From: Nostoc sp. PCC 7120 = FACHB-418
Lineage (GTDB): Bacteria; Cyanobacteriota; Cyanobacteriia; Cyanobacteriales; Nostocaceae
Reading direction: 5' to 3'
DNA length: 32,000 bases
NCBI RefSeq assembly: GCF_000009705.1
Contig: NC_003272.1
Span: 5,910,001 to 5,942,000, forward strand
Shown here one piece after another: positions 1 to 10,404 of this stretch (position 1 is the first letter of the stretch; each line of letters opens with the position of its first letter). The notes under the pieces are model-generated. The model worked only from the letters and a program-made list of their open reading frames with translations. It did no database searches and was not told where the DNA came from. Position numbers and translations under genes: made by a program.

Positions 1-402
1 TTCTGAGTTTTCAAAGTGAGTCAAATCTAAAGTCAGGGCTTTTTTGAGGATTAACACATTGACTCGCTGACCGAGTAACACCCGCAATAGTGACTGACAG
101 ATAATTAGTCCCCGTTGAGAACCTGCTAACAAAGCTACTGCGATCGCCTCTAAGCCGACATACAATAAAGGTGCATAAATATTCCCTTGTGTATTGCCTT
201 GGGATGCTAAAACTACGCCATCTACAATTAGTTTACCGAGATAGGCGATCGCCGCAGGTAACAAACCAGCCACTAAAGTTAAAGTAGCCAAAATTATAGT
301 CATAGTGTGGCTAGTAGTCCACACCAAATTTATCGCCCTGCCACTATAACGGAAAACTGCCAGTGATTGGCGCAGGGGGTTCCGTCGCTTTTTACTCTTC
401 AT
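1..402 (-). CDS. ABC exporter (fused permease/ATPase type), N-terminal transmembrane part; partial, continues beyond the left window edge
   Basis: My own translation of the minus strand. ATG at 402..400 gives MKSKKRRNPLRQSLAVFRYSGRAINLVWTTSHTMTIILATLTLVAGLLPAAIAYLGKLIVDGVVLASQ...LLGQRVNVLILKKALTLDLTHFENSE, open to position 1 with no stop. That explains its absence from the ORF track. The sequence pattern is typical of the N-terminus of MsbA-like ABC exporters. Confidence 0.7.
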   Translation of the reverse strand, partial: MKSKKRRNPLRQSLAVFRYSGRAINLVWTTSHTMTIILATLTLVAGLLPAAIAYLGKLIVDGVVLASQGNTQGNIYAPLLYVGLEAIAVALLAGSQRGLIICQSLLRVLLGQRVNVLILKKALTLDLTHFENSE

Positions 403-448
403 TATTCTTTTTATAGCGCGATCTTACCCCTCTTGAGTGTTCCTACTG

Positions 449-1639
449 TTACCCCAACTGACTAAACAAATCGGCTAACACCACATTGGAAAATAAAAAA
501 CCATCGGGATCACTTAACCGCAACCTATCACCCACAACTTGTACCCAACCTTGAGTAAAATAAGGTTGCAGACATTGATGCAGTTCTTGTATTTTCTCCT
601 TGCCAAATTCCTCCGTCAGTGCTGCTAAACTCACACCATCAGCCAAGCGTAACCCCAACATTAACGTTTCTAACAATACATCTGCTTTTGGTGTAATTTC
701 CCAATCAATCACACCGTGATTAGCAATCAACTCTTGCACCCATTGATAATACTCCTTTGTTTTCCGGGGACGGGTAAAGCGTTTACCTTCTACATAGCTC
801 GCCGCACCCATACCAAAGCCGTAATAAGGGCGGTTTTCCCAATAAACTCGGTTATGTCTACACTGGTGTCCTGGCTTGGCGTAGTTGGAAATTTCGTAAT
901 GTTCATAATCGCCACCAGTCAAAATCTTCTGACCCATCTGATACATTTTTACCGTGGTTTCATCGGTAGGTAAGGGATTATCCCCAGGTTTGTAATAACG
1001 ACCAAAAGCTGTTCCTGGCTCAATTGTCAAATCATATATAGATATGTGGGTGGGTGCGATGTTAACGGCTGTGTCTAGGGAATCTTGCCATTGATCTAAA
1101 GACTGATGCGGTAAGCCAGAAATTAAGTCTATGCTAAATTCGGGAATCTCGACTTGGTGAATCAAGTCTATAGCTGCAAAAATATCTTTAAGCGAGTGCG
1201 ATCGCCCAGCTACTTTTAACAATTCTTCTTGAAACGCTTGTACACCCAAACTGACCCGATTTACACCAACACTACGATAGCCTTGGATATGTGCTAGATC
1301 AAATGTGCCTGGATCTACCTCCATAGATATTTCTGCGTCAGGCGCAATCCCAAACTGCTTATCTAGCGTTACTAGTATTTGTGCTAATTGCTCTGTAGAT
1401 AACAGCGAAGGCGTACCACCGCCGAAAAATACGGTCTTGAGGGGTTGACCAAAGGCTGGTGTAATGGCGATTTCTTCACAGAGAACATCGACATACCCGG
1501 AGATGGTAACAGATGTTTCACCACGTTGGCGATCGCCAACAACAAATATCGGGAAATCACAATAAAAGCACCGCCTTCTGCAAAAGGGAATATGTACATA
1601 AGCAGAACTAGCGAGGCTAGGAACATTAACTTTTTGCAT
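449..1639 (-). CDS. hemW: Radical SAM HemN-like protein (HemW-type heme chaperone / oxygen-independent coproporphyrinogen oxidase family)
   Basis: Track ORF 449..1651. CxxxCxxC radical-SAM motif in YVHIPFCRRRCFYCDF, followed by GGGTPS. The length of ~396 aa fits the family. The track start at 1651 is TTG; the first ATG (MQKVNVPS...) is at 1639. Confidence 0.88.
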   Translation of the reverse strand: MQKVNVPSLASSAYVHIPFCRRRCFYCDFPIFVVGDRQRGETSVTISGYVDVLCEEIAITPAFGQPLKTVFFGGGTPSLLSTEQLAQILVTLDKQFGIAPDAEISMEVDPGTFDLAHIQGYRSVGVNRVSLGVQAFQEELLKVAGRSHSLKDIFAAIDLIHQVEIPEFSIDLISGLPHQSLDQWQDSLDTAVNIAPTHISIYDLTIEPGTAFGRYYKPGDNPLPTDETTVKMYQMGQKILTGGDYEHYEISNYAKPGHQCRHNRVYWENRPYYGFGMGAASYVEGKRFTRPRKTKEYYQWVQELIANHGVIDWEITPKADVLLETLMLGLRLADGVSLAALTEEFGKEKIQELHQCLQPYFTQGWVQVVGDRLRLSDPDGFLFSNVVLADLFSQLG

Positions 1640-1891
1640 ATTTGTGAACAAGAATAAACTTAATTAACGGAAAATTAGAAATAATGAAAATAAATAGTTT
1701 ATTTACAGGTTTCTATCGTTTTTTGACGTAACTATGACAAATCTTAAGCGGAGTGACTTTGGTTATAATGTTTGCAGATATTGCCTGCATAAAAACCCTA
1801 GTCTGAGTCAATATAATTAGTCTCTCTTACCGATGAAATTAAAAATACTTGACTTTATCGGGTAAAACAGTCGCAGGAAAACAGCAAAATC

Positions 1892-2968
1892 ATGCTTGAT
1901 GCCATTATTATTTTTTCATTCATCCTGGCAGCAGCAGGAATCGGGTTCTATAGCACCGAACTACTACCCAATGGTACGTTAGACCGGGTAACGAACCTCG
2001 AAGCTTTACGCTTAACTGTTGCCGTCTTTGCCGCCATTATTGGTGGCGCTGTTGGTTTAAGTTTCCAAACGACCTATCGTCGCTTAGAAGCCCAAGTCCG
2101 AGATTTGCCACTGGAAGTAATTTTAACGCGTGCCATTGGCTTAGTGATTGGATTATTGCTGGCAAACTTAATGCTGGCTCCGCTATTTTTGCTACCTATT
2201 CCCACGGATTTTAGTTTTATTAAACCACTGGTGGCGGTGGTTGGTAGTATTATTCTCTCTGTCACGGGGATGAATTTAGCCGACACCCACGGACGGGGCT
2301 TATTAAGGTTTATTAACCCCAACACCGTAGAAACAATGGTGGCGGAAGGGACACTCAAACCCGCCAATACTAAAGTTTTAGACACTAGTTGTATTATTGA
2401 CGGTCGGATTGAGGCATTGCTAGAAACTGGATTTCTGGAAGGGCAAATCATCGTGCCACAATTTGTCTTACTGGAACTACAACAAGTAGCTGATGCCAGC
2501 AAAGACCAAAAGCGGGTGCGGGGAAGACGTGGGCTAGAAATTCTCAACCGCATTAGGGAAACTTACCCAGACCGCATTTTGATTAATCCATCTGACTACG
2601 AAGACATTGCTACAGTCGATGCTAAATTAGTCAGATTTGCTCAAGACATCAACGGTACACTACTCACCAACGACTACAACTTATCAAAAGTTGCCAGCGT
2701 GCAGAAAGTGCCTGTGTTGAATGTTAACGACCTAGTAAATGCAGTCCGTCCTAGCTATTTACCTGGGGACAACCTTGACCTAAAAATTCTCAAGGAAGGT
2801 AAAGAACCGACTCAAGGAATTGGCTACTTAGACGATGGCACAATGGTTGTCGTGGAAGAAGGTAGAGGTTATGTAGGTGGTGAACTGCGAGTAGTAGTTA
2901 CTAGTGCGTTGCAAACCTCAGCCGGGAGAATGATTTTTGCTAAACCCCAAGCTTCAGCATTGGCGTGA
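1892..2968 (+). CDS. PIN/TRAM domain membrane protein (YacL-like)
   Basis: 358-aa ORF with ATG start. The N-terminal ~130 aa are hydrophobic (about 4 TM segments). They are followed by a PIN-like segment (VLDTSCIIDGRI ... LLTNDYNL) and a C-terminal TRAM-like beta segment (GIGYLDDGTMVVVEEG...ELRVVVTS). Confidence 0.82.
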   Translation: MLDAIIIFSFILAAAGIGFYSTELLPNGTLDRVTNLEALRLTVAVFAAIIGGAVGLSFQTTYRRLEAQVRDLPLEVILTRAIGLVIGLLLANLMLAPLFLLPIPTDFSFIKPLVAVVGSIILSVTGMNLADTHGRGLLRFINPNTVETMVAEGTLKPANTKVLDTSCIIDGRIEALLETGFLEGQIIVPQFVLLELQQVADASKDQKRVRGRRGLEILNRIRETYPDRILINPSDYEDIATVDAKLVRFAQDINGTLLTNDYNLSKVASVQKVPVLNVNDLVNAVRPSYLPGDNLDLKILKEGKEPTQGIGYLDDGTMVVVEEGRGYVGGELRVVVTSALQTSAGRMIFAKPQASALA

Positions 2969-3026
2969 GGTAAATGTCTGGTGCAAATAGAGTTACGAAG
3001 TGCGTACGCGAAGCGTCGGCGCAGTT

Positions 3027-3057
3027 ATCGGTGCAGTCAACCTACACCGATTTTTTA
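3027..3057 (+). terminator. Rho-independent terminator after the PIN/TRAM gene
   Basis: 7-bp stem ATCGGTG (3027-3033) / CACCGAT (3045-3051), 11-nt loop, then a TTTTTT run (3051-3056). Confidence 0.7.
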
Positions 3058-3274
3058 TTAGTTAGCCAGGCTGTTCTTGAGTAAGTGGAGAAGAAAAAAT
3101 TCTCAAAATAACCCTCTTTCCTCCCCTACCTCCCCTGCCTATTCCCACCCCTCTGTTTCTCCAAAGTTAACGTACGTAGTAGGATTGTTCAGGTACGCCT
3201 AGAGATGTGACTCATTCACAATTAGGCAACCTAGAATTAGAGCAAAAGACGATTCCTCAAACAAGCACACTCCA

Positions 3275-5707
3275 ATGCGTATTTCTTTGAACTGGCTGCG
3301 GGAACTAGTAGAGATAAAACTTAGCCCAGAAGAATTAGCCCATATTCTCACAATGGCTGGGTTTGAAGTCGAAGATATTGAAGACCGCCGCACTTGGGCA
3401 AATGGCGTTGTTGTGGGGAGAGTGCTTGAGCGTCAACCCCACCCCAACGCTGATAAGTTGAGCGTTTGCCAAGTAGATGTCGGTGCATCGGAAACTTTAA
3501 ATATTGTCTGTGGCGCACCTAATGTCAGAGCCGATATTTATGTGCCTGTGGCAACTGTAGGCGCTTATTTACCTAACATTGATTTGAAAATTAAACCCGC
3601 AAAATTGCGTGGTGTTCCCTCCCAAGGGATGATTTGTTCTTTGAAAGAACTCGGTTTACCTAGTGAGGTAGACGGCATTTATATTTTCCCCCAAGAGAAC
3701 TTACCCTTGGGTAGCGATGTGCGTCCATTGTTGGGTTTGGATGATGTGATTTTAGATGTCACTGCTACGGCTAACCGTGCAGATGCCTTAAGTATGGTGG
3801 GTATAGCGCGAGAAGTGGCTGCGCTGACTGATGCAAAATTGAATATCCCTGAACCGGGGGAAGTATCTGTGTCTGGAAGTGTGGGCAAGTTAGGTTTAAA
3901 AATTGCCGACACCCAAGCTTGTCCTGCTTATATTGGCACAGTCATTGAACAGGTAAAAATTGCTTCATCCCCTGAATGGTTGCAACAGCGTTTGCGTTCG
4001 GCTGGGGTACGACCGATTAGTAATGTAGTTGATATTACTAATTATGTGTTGTTGGAATGGGGACAACCATTACACGCCTTTGACCAAGAGCGATTAAAGT
4101 TTGTTGCCAATGCTGACAGTTTAACTATTGGTGTGCGCTTTGCCAATCCAGGGGAAACGCTGAAAACCCTGGATGGGCAAACTCGCAACCTGACAACACA
4201 AAATTTATTAATTACGGCTAATGATCAACCCGTGGCTTTAGCGGGAGTTATGGGCGGTGAAGAAACCGAAGTCCACGAGGGTACACAAAGCCTAATTTTA
4301 GAAGCAGCATTATTTGATTCTGTGGCAATTCGTCGTTCTTCTCGTAGTGTGGGGTTACGCAGTGAAGCCTCTGGTAGATACGAGCGGGGAGTGAATCGGG
4401 CAGAGTTGGAAATAGCTAATCGCCGCGCTTTATCTTTAATTAGTGAATTGGCTGCTGGTGTGATTGTCCATCAGGAAATCGCTGATACTCGTCCCGATCC
4501 TGCAAGTTGGAGTCGTTCGATTTTACTACGTTTAGACCGGGTGAATGAAGTACTCGGCCCAATCAACGTGGGAGAAACTGGAGAACTGGAAGCCAAAGAT
4601 GTAGAACGTACCTTGACTGCATTGGGATGTGAGTTAACTCCAGCCGGCGAAGGGACTTGGAATGTTTCCGTACCACCCTATCGTTACCGCGATTTGGAAC
4701 GGGAAATTGATTTAATTGAAGAAGTTGCTCGTCTCTACGGTTATGATAATTTCTGTGATACCTTACCAGACAAAGCAGAAGCTGGTTATTTACCTGTAGA
4801 TCAAGAACTGGTACGCAAGTTACGCGCTGCGCTACGGGCGGAAGGTTTAACAGAATTAATCCATTACTCCTTAGTTAAGCCAGGGGAAGATAGACAAATA
4901 GTCTTGAGTAATCCCTTATTTGCTGAATATTCAGCCCTGCGAACTGATTTACTCGCTGGCTTAATTGACGCTTTCCAATACAACCTAGAACAAGGGAATG
5001 GTTCCCTAAATGGTTTTGAAATTGGGCGCATTTTCTGGCAAGAAGAAGATGGGTTACAAGAAAAAGATGCGATCGCTGGCATCATAGGAGGAGATACAAG
5101 CCTGGGCAAATGGTCGAAGGGTAGTAAAGAGCAACCCCTGGCTTGGTTTGAAGCTAAGGGCATCCTAGAAAGCGTATTTCAGCAACTCGGCATCTTGGTA
5201 GAATATCAACCCGACTGTCGTGACGAACGCTTACACCCAGGACGCACTGCCTCATTATGGATTGGTGGTAATAGATTAGGCATCTTTGGACAACTCCACC
5301 CCCAACTACGGCGTGACAAAGACTTACCAGAGTCAGTCTATGTGTTCCAACTGGATTTGGATGTGTTTTTGAATGCTTTAGATAAAGATGAAATTCTTGT
5401 ACCTACATTCAAACCTTACTCCACTTATCCCGCAAGCGATCGCGATATCGCCTTCTTTGCACCTGTAAAAGTCTCCGTCTCGGAAATCGAAAAAGCCATT
5501 AACAAGGCTGGCAAAGGTTTACTAGAGTCGGTAGAAATATTTGATGAATATCGCGGTGAAAACGTCCCCCAAGGACAACGGAGTTTAGCATTTAGACTAG
5601 TGTATCGGGCAAGCGATCGCACTCTCACAGATACGGAGGTCGAACCAGTACACAACAAAGTCCGCGAAGCTTTAGTAGAGAAATTCGGTGTAAACCTCCG
5701 CAGTTAA
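3275..5707 (+). CDS. pheT: Phenylalanine--tRNA ligase beta subunit
   Basis: 810-aa ORF with the canonical N-terminus [12 protein letters not shown]. It has a tRNA-binding OB region ([26 protein letters not shown]), B3/4 and B5 regions, and a C-terminal FDX-ACB-like domain (SDRDIAFF...[13 protein letters not shown]). Confidence 0.97.
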
Positions 5708-5714
5708 CTAAAAA

Positions 5715-5747
5715 TAAGTGATGAGTTGACACATCACTCATCACTTA
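5715..5747 (+). terminator. 12-bp perfect stem-loop just after the pheT stop (likely terminator or RNA stability element)
   Basis: TAAGTGATGAGT (5715-5726) pairs with ACTCATCACTTA (5736-5747), with a 9-nt loop. There is no clean T-run; AT-rich sequence follows. Confidence 0.5.
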
Positions 5748-5752
5748 TGATT

Positions 5753-5779
5753 AATTTTGAATTTTGAATTTTGAATTGA
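5753..5779. repeat. Tandem heptamer array (AATTTTG x3 plus a partial copy), STRR-like
   Basis: aattttg aattttg aattttg aattgaa, read directly, lying between pheT and the YciI-like gene. Confidence 0.85.
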
Positions 5780-5785
5780 ATCACT

Positions 5786-6055
5786 ATGCCTAAATACATT
5801 GTTTGGGGAACCTACTGCGAAGACGTTCTCGAAAAACGCACACCTTACCGTCAAGCACACTTGGATGGATTAGCAAAACAAAAAGAATCTGGTGTGCTGA
5901 TTACTATTGGCCCGACCAAAGATGTGACAAAAGTGTTTGGTATTTACGAGGCGGAAGATGAAGCCACAATACGTCAGTTAATTGAAAATGACCCCTATTG
6001 GCAACATAATATTTGGACTGAATATGCTGTTAAGGAGTGGATTCAGGCTATTTAA
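5786..6055 (+). CDS. YciI-like family protein
   Basis: 89-aa ORF. MPKYIVWGTYCEDVLEKRTPYRQAHLDGL...GPT... matches the YCII-related domain pattern by recall. Confidence 0.75.
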   Translation: MPKYIVWGTYCEDVLEKRTPYRQAHLDGLAKQKESGVLITIGPTKDVTKVFGIYEAEDEATIRQLIENDPYWQHNIWTEYAVKEWIQAI

Positions 6056-6092
6056 CACAGAATGGACTTTTTTTAGCACCTAATTCAACTTT

Positions 6093-6135
6093 TGTCCCCC
6101 ACTGAATTCGTAGTAACGAATCTTCATGGGGGACA
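6093..6135. terminator. Long imperfect hairpin in a convergent intergenic spacer (candidate bidirectional terminator)
   Basis: TGTCCCCCA (6093-6101) pairs with TGGGGGACA (6127-6135). There is an inner ATTCG/CGAAT pairing. It lies between the 3' ends of the YciI-like gene (+) and the ABC1 kinase gene (-). Confidence 0.45.
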
Positions 6136-6385
6136 TTAAACTTTGAACTTGCCTGGTGATGAATAATACTATATGCAGTTGAAACTTATTTATAGCTGTC
6201 GCCAGTAGTGTTAGGACATCAATAGATGATACAACCTAGACACAACAAGACTTTTAACCCATTCCCCAGTCCCCAGCTATATATCTTTGGAGTTGCTAAC
6301 TGGTAATTTGTATAGTGCGACAAATGACCAATTAGCTATTACCTACCCAGACCAAACATATCGTCAGAACTAGCAGAACTAGATA

Positions 6386-8386
6386 TCACACTTTTCTCGT
6401 GGGGTATTCAATTTCACTACTCTTGACCTCTTCTGCTGTTAATAATTCCCGAATTAGACGCACAGTAGCTTTCTGAAATAATTGATTAGCAACTTGCTGT
6501 CCCAAACGTTGCACACCAGGATTGAAAGCCAACTGAGCCACTTGAGGTGCAAACTGTGCTGGGTCAAAGCCACGGGTTTCTTGCAAAATATTTAAAATAT
6601 TTTTGACGTGTTCTAAGGTTTGTTGTTGCTCAACTGTCGCGGCTGGAGTTTCGTTGATGGCTGTGATACCTACTCTTTCTCTTAGGAGGTAGGTAAAGTT
6701 ATGCAGCACATTTTTACTTAAAGCATTGATTCCGTTGAGAAATTCATCGACTAACTTATCTCTAATAAAAGAACCGCGTTCAGATGAGAGAAAATCTACA
6801 CCTTGATTCACTACTAAGTTAAGGTCGTAGTCTTGGTTTTTCCGCGCATTACGTAATAAGTTTTCTAACCGATTCCAACGAAATCTACCATCTTTAAAAA
6901 GCAAGTCTCGCAGTGAAATTCTTAATTCTGGTGCTGGGTCGGTTAACAAACGTTTAGCGACGTAGGGATAAGCCTCGCTCAAAACTTTAAAGTTGGGATC
7001 TATATAGATAGCAATCCCTTCCAGGGTAACGAGAGAGCGAATGATTAAAGCGTAGTAGGGAGGTACGCGGAAAGGATACTCATACATCAATTCTGATAGC
7101 TCATCAGTGATGCTCTTAATGTTAAATTCGGCGACACTAGCGCCTTGAGCATTAGCGAAAACTTTGCCAAATGCGGGAATAATTGGGGTGAGGTCTGTTT
7201 CTGGGGAAAGGAAATCTAACTTAACGTAATCTTTTGCTAACCCTTCAAAGTCACGATTAACTACGTGGACGATCGCCTCAATTAAACCATAACGTTGCGG
7301 TGGTTTAATCTCACTCATCATCCCAAAGTCAAGATAAGCGAGTTTACCGTCTGGTGTGGCTAACAAGTTACCAGGATGGGGGTCAGCGTGAAAGAAGCCA
7401 TGTTCTAAAAGTTGCCTTAAGGAACACTGCACACCAACTTCAATCAAATAACGAGCATCTATCCCTTGGGAGCTAATCTCTTCTGTCTGGGTCAGTTTTG
7501 TGCCGTTGATCCACTCCATCGTCAAGACACGACGGTTCGTATATTCCCAGTATATTCTCGGTACATATACGTCTTGCATATGACCATATAGTTGGAAGAA
7601 ACGTTCAGCATTTTCACCTTCGTGGATATAATCCATCTCTTCAAAAATGCGATCGCCTAATTCATCCAAAATCCCAACTAAGTCACTCCGTACCCTCTTG
7701 ACTTTCTTCTGTATCCAAGCCGCTAGCCCACGTAAAATATATAAGTCAATCGTAATTCGTTCTCGTAAATCTGGGCGCTGGACTTTAACCGCTACTTCTT
7801 CCCCTGTTTTTAACTTACCTTTATAAACTTGTCCCAAAGAAGCAGCCGCAATTGGTTGGGCTGAAAGTTCAGCGTAAACCTCTTGTGGTGGCTGTCCTAA
7901 TTCTTCTTGAATAAATTGGTAAGCAATTTCATTAGGAAAGGGTGGTAACTGGTCTTGTAACCTTGTTAGTTCTTCTAAATATACGGGAGGGACTAAATCT
8001 GGTCTAGTAGATAAGGCTTGACCAATTTTGATATAAGCAGGCCCCAGTTGCGTTAATAATTCTTTTAACTCAATAGCTCGACGACGGTCATTTTTGACGA
8101 CTACTCCCCGTTTAATATCCCACCACAACCCAAAGGCAAAGGAGAAAGTAGGCCCCAACACAGCAAAAATCCGCCGCAAAACTTGCAGGGGTCGATGACG
8201 ATAATGCTCTGCTACCGCTACAGGGTCGTAAACTATTGTCTCAGGTTCGAGATTTGCAGTTACCACCACCTGGGGTCTTTCAGAGCTTACGGGTCTTGAT
8301 GAGCGCACAACCAAGGCTTGTGTATCCTTTAGCTGTAGTTCGCCCTCAATCGGTCGGGAATTTGGGGGAAGTGTCTTCACAGTCAT
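6386..8386 (-). CDS. ABC1/UbiB-family atypical protein kinase
   Basis: Track ORF 6386..8431 (TTG start); the first ATG is at 8386 (MTVKTLPPN...). Family motifs: AAASLGQVYKGKLKTGEEVAVKVQRP, HADPHPGNLL, LDFGMM. Confidence 0.9.
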   Translation of the reverse strand: MTVKTLPPNSRPIEGELQLKDTQALVVRSSRPVSSERPQVVVTANLEPETIVYDPVAVAEHYRHRPLQVLRRIFAVLGPTFSFAFGLWWDIKRGVVVKNDRRRAIELKELLTQLGPAYIKIGQALSTRPDLVPPVYLEELTRLQDQLPPFPNEIAYQFIQEELGQPPQEVYAELSAQPIAAASLGQVYKGKLKTGEEVAVKVQRPDLRERITIDLYILRGLAAWIQKKVKRVRSDLVGILDELGDRIFEEMDYIHEGENAERFFQLYGHMQDVYVPRIYWEYTNRRVLTMEWINGTKLTQTEEISSQGIDARYLIEVGVQCSLRQLLEHGFFHADPHPGNLLATPDGKLAYLDFGMMSEIKPPQRYGLIEAIVHVVNRDFEGLAKDYVKLDFLSPETDLTPIIPAFGKVFANAQGASVAEFNIKSITDELSELMYEYPFRVPPYYALIIRSLVTLEGIAIYIDPNFKVLSEAYPYVAKRLLTDPAPELRISLRDLLFKDGRFRWNRLENLLRNARKNQDYDLNLVVNQGVDFLSSERGSFIRDKLVDEFLNGINALSKNVLHNFTYLLRERVGITAINETPAATVEQQQTLEHVKNILNILQETRGFDPAQFAPQVAQLAFNPGVQRLGQQVANQLFQKATVRLIRELLTAEEVKSSEIEYPTRKV

Positions 8387-8640
8387 GAATAGAGCCACCG
8401 GTCGGATTGAACTTGTTAAGTATTGTAACAATATCTTTACAGGAAATTGCTAATTTAGTTTGGGAATTGAGAACTAGAGACTAGGAATATAATTTACCTG
8501 GTCTTTTTTTGCTCCTTTGCTCCCCATCCTGCCTTTTTTGTTACACTTGAATGTGCTTGCTAATTCAATGGTAGTAGGTATTGCTGGTTGCCGAAAGTGG
8601 GAAATATCCGGCATCTGCCCCTCTAGGAGAATATGGCTTG

Positions 8641-10389
8641 ATGTTGCTTTGCCTGCGGATTGAAAATTTTGCCCTAATTGATCAACTGGAACTGGATTTC
8701 GGCGCGGGTCTAAATGTTTTAACAGGTGAAACCGGCGCGGGAAAATCAATTATTTTAGATGCAATCGATGCTGTGTTAGGTGGAAAAGTTTCTAGTCGGG
8801 TGATTCGGACTGGGACATCTAGGGCAATGGTGGAAGCCACTTTCACTACAAATCCCCCCTTAGCGGCTTGGTTGACAGAACAAGAAATAGATTTAATTGA
8901 CGATAATTCTGTAGTCATTAGTCGAGAGATTACCGTTAGTACTAGTAATATCCGCAGTCGATCGCGGGTGAATGGTGTGTTGGTCAATCGCCAACTTATG
9001 GGCGGACTGCGCGATCGCTTGGTGGAAATTACAGCCCAAGGTCAAACAGTACAAGTAGGACAATCAGCCCAAGTCCGGGACTGGTTAGATATGTATGGTG
9101 GTGATGCTTTAATTCAGCAGCGTCAACACATCGGTACAGCTTTTAGTGCTTATCAGCAAGCCCATACAAATTTAGAAAAGCGCCGGACATCAGAACGGGA
9201 ACGACTGCAACAACTGGACTTATTAACCTATCAAGTCCAAGAGTTATCAACAGCCAATCTCAGCGACCCCCAGGAATTGGAACAACTGCAACAAGAACGA
9301 GAACGCCTGAATCACGTTGTTGATTTACAACAGATGAGTTACAAGGTCTATCAGGCTTTGTATCAAACTGAAGATGAAACCCTAGCCGTCTCAGACCTCC
9401 TTGGCGACAGTGAAGCCACCTTAAACGACATGGTGGAATATGACGGGCAGTTACAACCACTGTTAGATTTGGTGAGGGATGCTCAAACAGCTATTTCAGA
9501 AGTAGCAAGGCAAATTAATACTTACGGGGAAAGTTTGGAAGCTGACCCCCAGCGTTTGGAAGAAGTAGAAGAACGGATTCGAGAGTTAAAACAAATCTGC
9601 CGTAAGTATGGCCCCAGCTTAACAGAAGCGATCGCCTACAGTGAAAAAATCCAAGCCGAATTGGCAGCCCTCAACGATAGCGAACAATCCATTGAAAGTT
9701 TAGAACAGCAAGAAAAAGTCTGTTTTGATAAACTAACTCAGTCCTGCCAAAAGTTAACTCAGTTACGCCAGAAAACAGGCGCTACCTTAGAATCTCGGTT
9801 GATAGCTGAACTTAAACCCTTGGCAATGGAAAAGGTGAAGTTTCAAGTAGAAATCTTGCCAACTGTGCCAACATCTGCTGGTGCAGACAAAATTACCTTT
9901 ATGTTTAGCCCCAACCCAGGGGAACCACTACAACCATTAACAGAAATTGCTTCTGGTGGGGAAATGAGCCGTTTTTTATTAGCCCTGAAAGCCTGTTTTA
10001 ATCAAGCTGATGCGGCAGCGACATTAGTATTTGATGAAATCGACGTTGGGGTTTCGGGGAGAGTAGCACAGGCGATCGCCGAAAAATTGCACCAATTGAG
10101 TCAAAGTCATCAAGTATTATGTGTCACTCACCAACCACTAGTAGCAGCGATGGCAGATAAGCATTTCCGCGTAGATAAGCAGACTATTACCCAAGGTAAG
10201 GGTAAAAAATCCAACAATGGCAACAGTGAACAGCGTACTGTAGTGCGTGTGACAAACTTAGATGATTTGACTACACGCCGGGAAGAATTAGCCCAGTTGG
10301 CTGGTGGGAAATCCGCCAGTGATGCGATCGCTTTTGCGGAAAGTTTGTTAACCCAAGCGGCTAATCACCGTCAGGGACAGAGGAGTTGA
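8641..10389 (+). CDS. recN: DNA repair protein RecN
   Basis: ATG at 8641 gives the canonical N-terminus MLLCLRIENFALIDQLELDFG. The track ORF begins at an upstream TTG (8581). Walker A GETGAGKS, a long coiled-coil middle, SMC signature SGGEMSRFLLAL and Walker B LVFDEIDVG are present. Confidence 0.95.
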   Translation: MLLCLRIENFALIDQLELDFGAGLNVLTGETGAGKSIILDAIDAVLGGKVSSRVIRTGTSRAMVEATFTTNPPLAAWLTEQEIDLIDDNSVVISREITVSTSNIRSRSRVNGVLVNRQLMGGLRDRLVEITAQGQTVQVGQSAQVRDWLDMYGGDALIQQRQHIGTAFSAYQQAHTNLEKRRTSERERLQQLDLLTYQVQELSTANLSDPQELEQLQQERERLNHVVDLQQMSYKVYQALYQTEDETLAVSDLLGDSEATLNDMVEYDGQLQPLLDLVRDAQTAISEVARQINTYGESLEADPQRLEEVEERIRELKQICRKYGPSLTEAIAYSEKIQAELAALNDSEQSIESLEQQEKVCFDKLTQSCQKLTQLRQKTGATLESRLIAELKPLAMEKVKFQVEILPTVPTSAGADKITFMFSPNPGEPLQPLTEIASGGEMSRFLLALKACFNQADAAATLVFDEIDVGVSGRVAQAIAEKLHQLSQSHQVLCVTHQPLVAAMADKHFRVDKQTITQGKGKKSNNGNSEQRTVVRVTNLDDLTTRREELAQLAGGKSASDAIAFAESLLTQAANHRQGQRS

Positions 10390-10404
10390 AATTGCAATAC
10401 TCCC

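Noticed and set aside
716-973. Track ORFs that lie antisense to, or out of frame within, strong CDSs: 716-973, 1384-1626, 1445-1657, 2074-2553, 3199-3393, 3679-3912, 4864-5163, 5425-5658, 8682-8987, 9260-9460, 10664-10867, 10965-11231, 12038-12220, 12376-12609, 13855-14112, 14224-14454, 18820-19092, 20314-20550, 20554-20817, 21691-21879, 22165-22380, 22673-22891, 26826-27206, 27345-27569, 27783-27965, 28002-28250, 31154-31378, 31686-31877.
   Set aside because: Each is fully embedded in a longer ORF with clear family motifs. Their translations are low-complexity or Arg/Ser/Leu-rich, with no recognisable domains. This is typical of shadow ORFs.
8560-8600. LexA/SOS box upstream of recN, for example TAGTAGGTATTGCT around 8571-8584.
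   Set aside because: Too many mismatches to the cyanobacterial RGTAC-N3-DGTWCB type consensus as I recall it. I cannot support an SOS box.
8474-8749. 91-aa minus-strand ORF across the recN start region.
   Set aside because: It overlaps the recN 5' end in antisense. It has no motifs, and its translation is basic and low-complexity.
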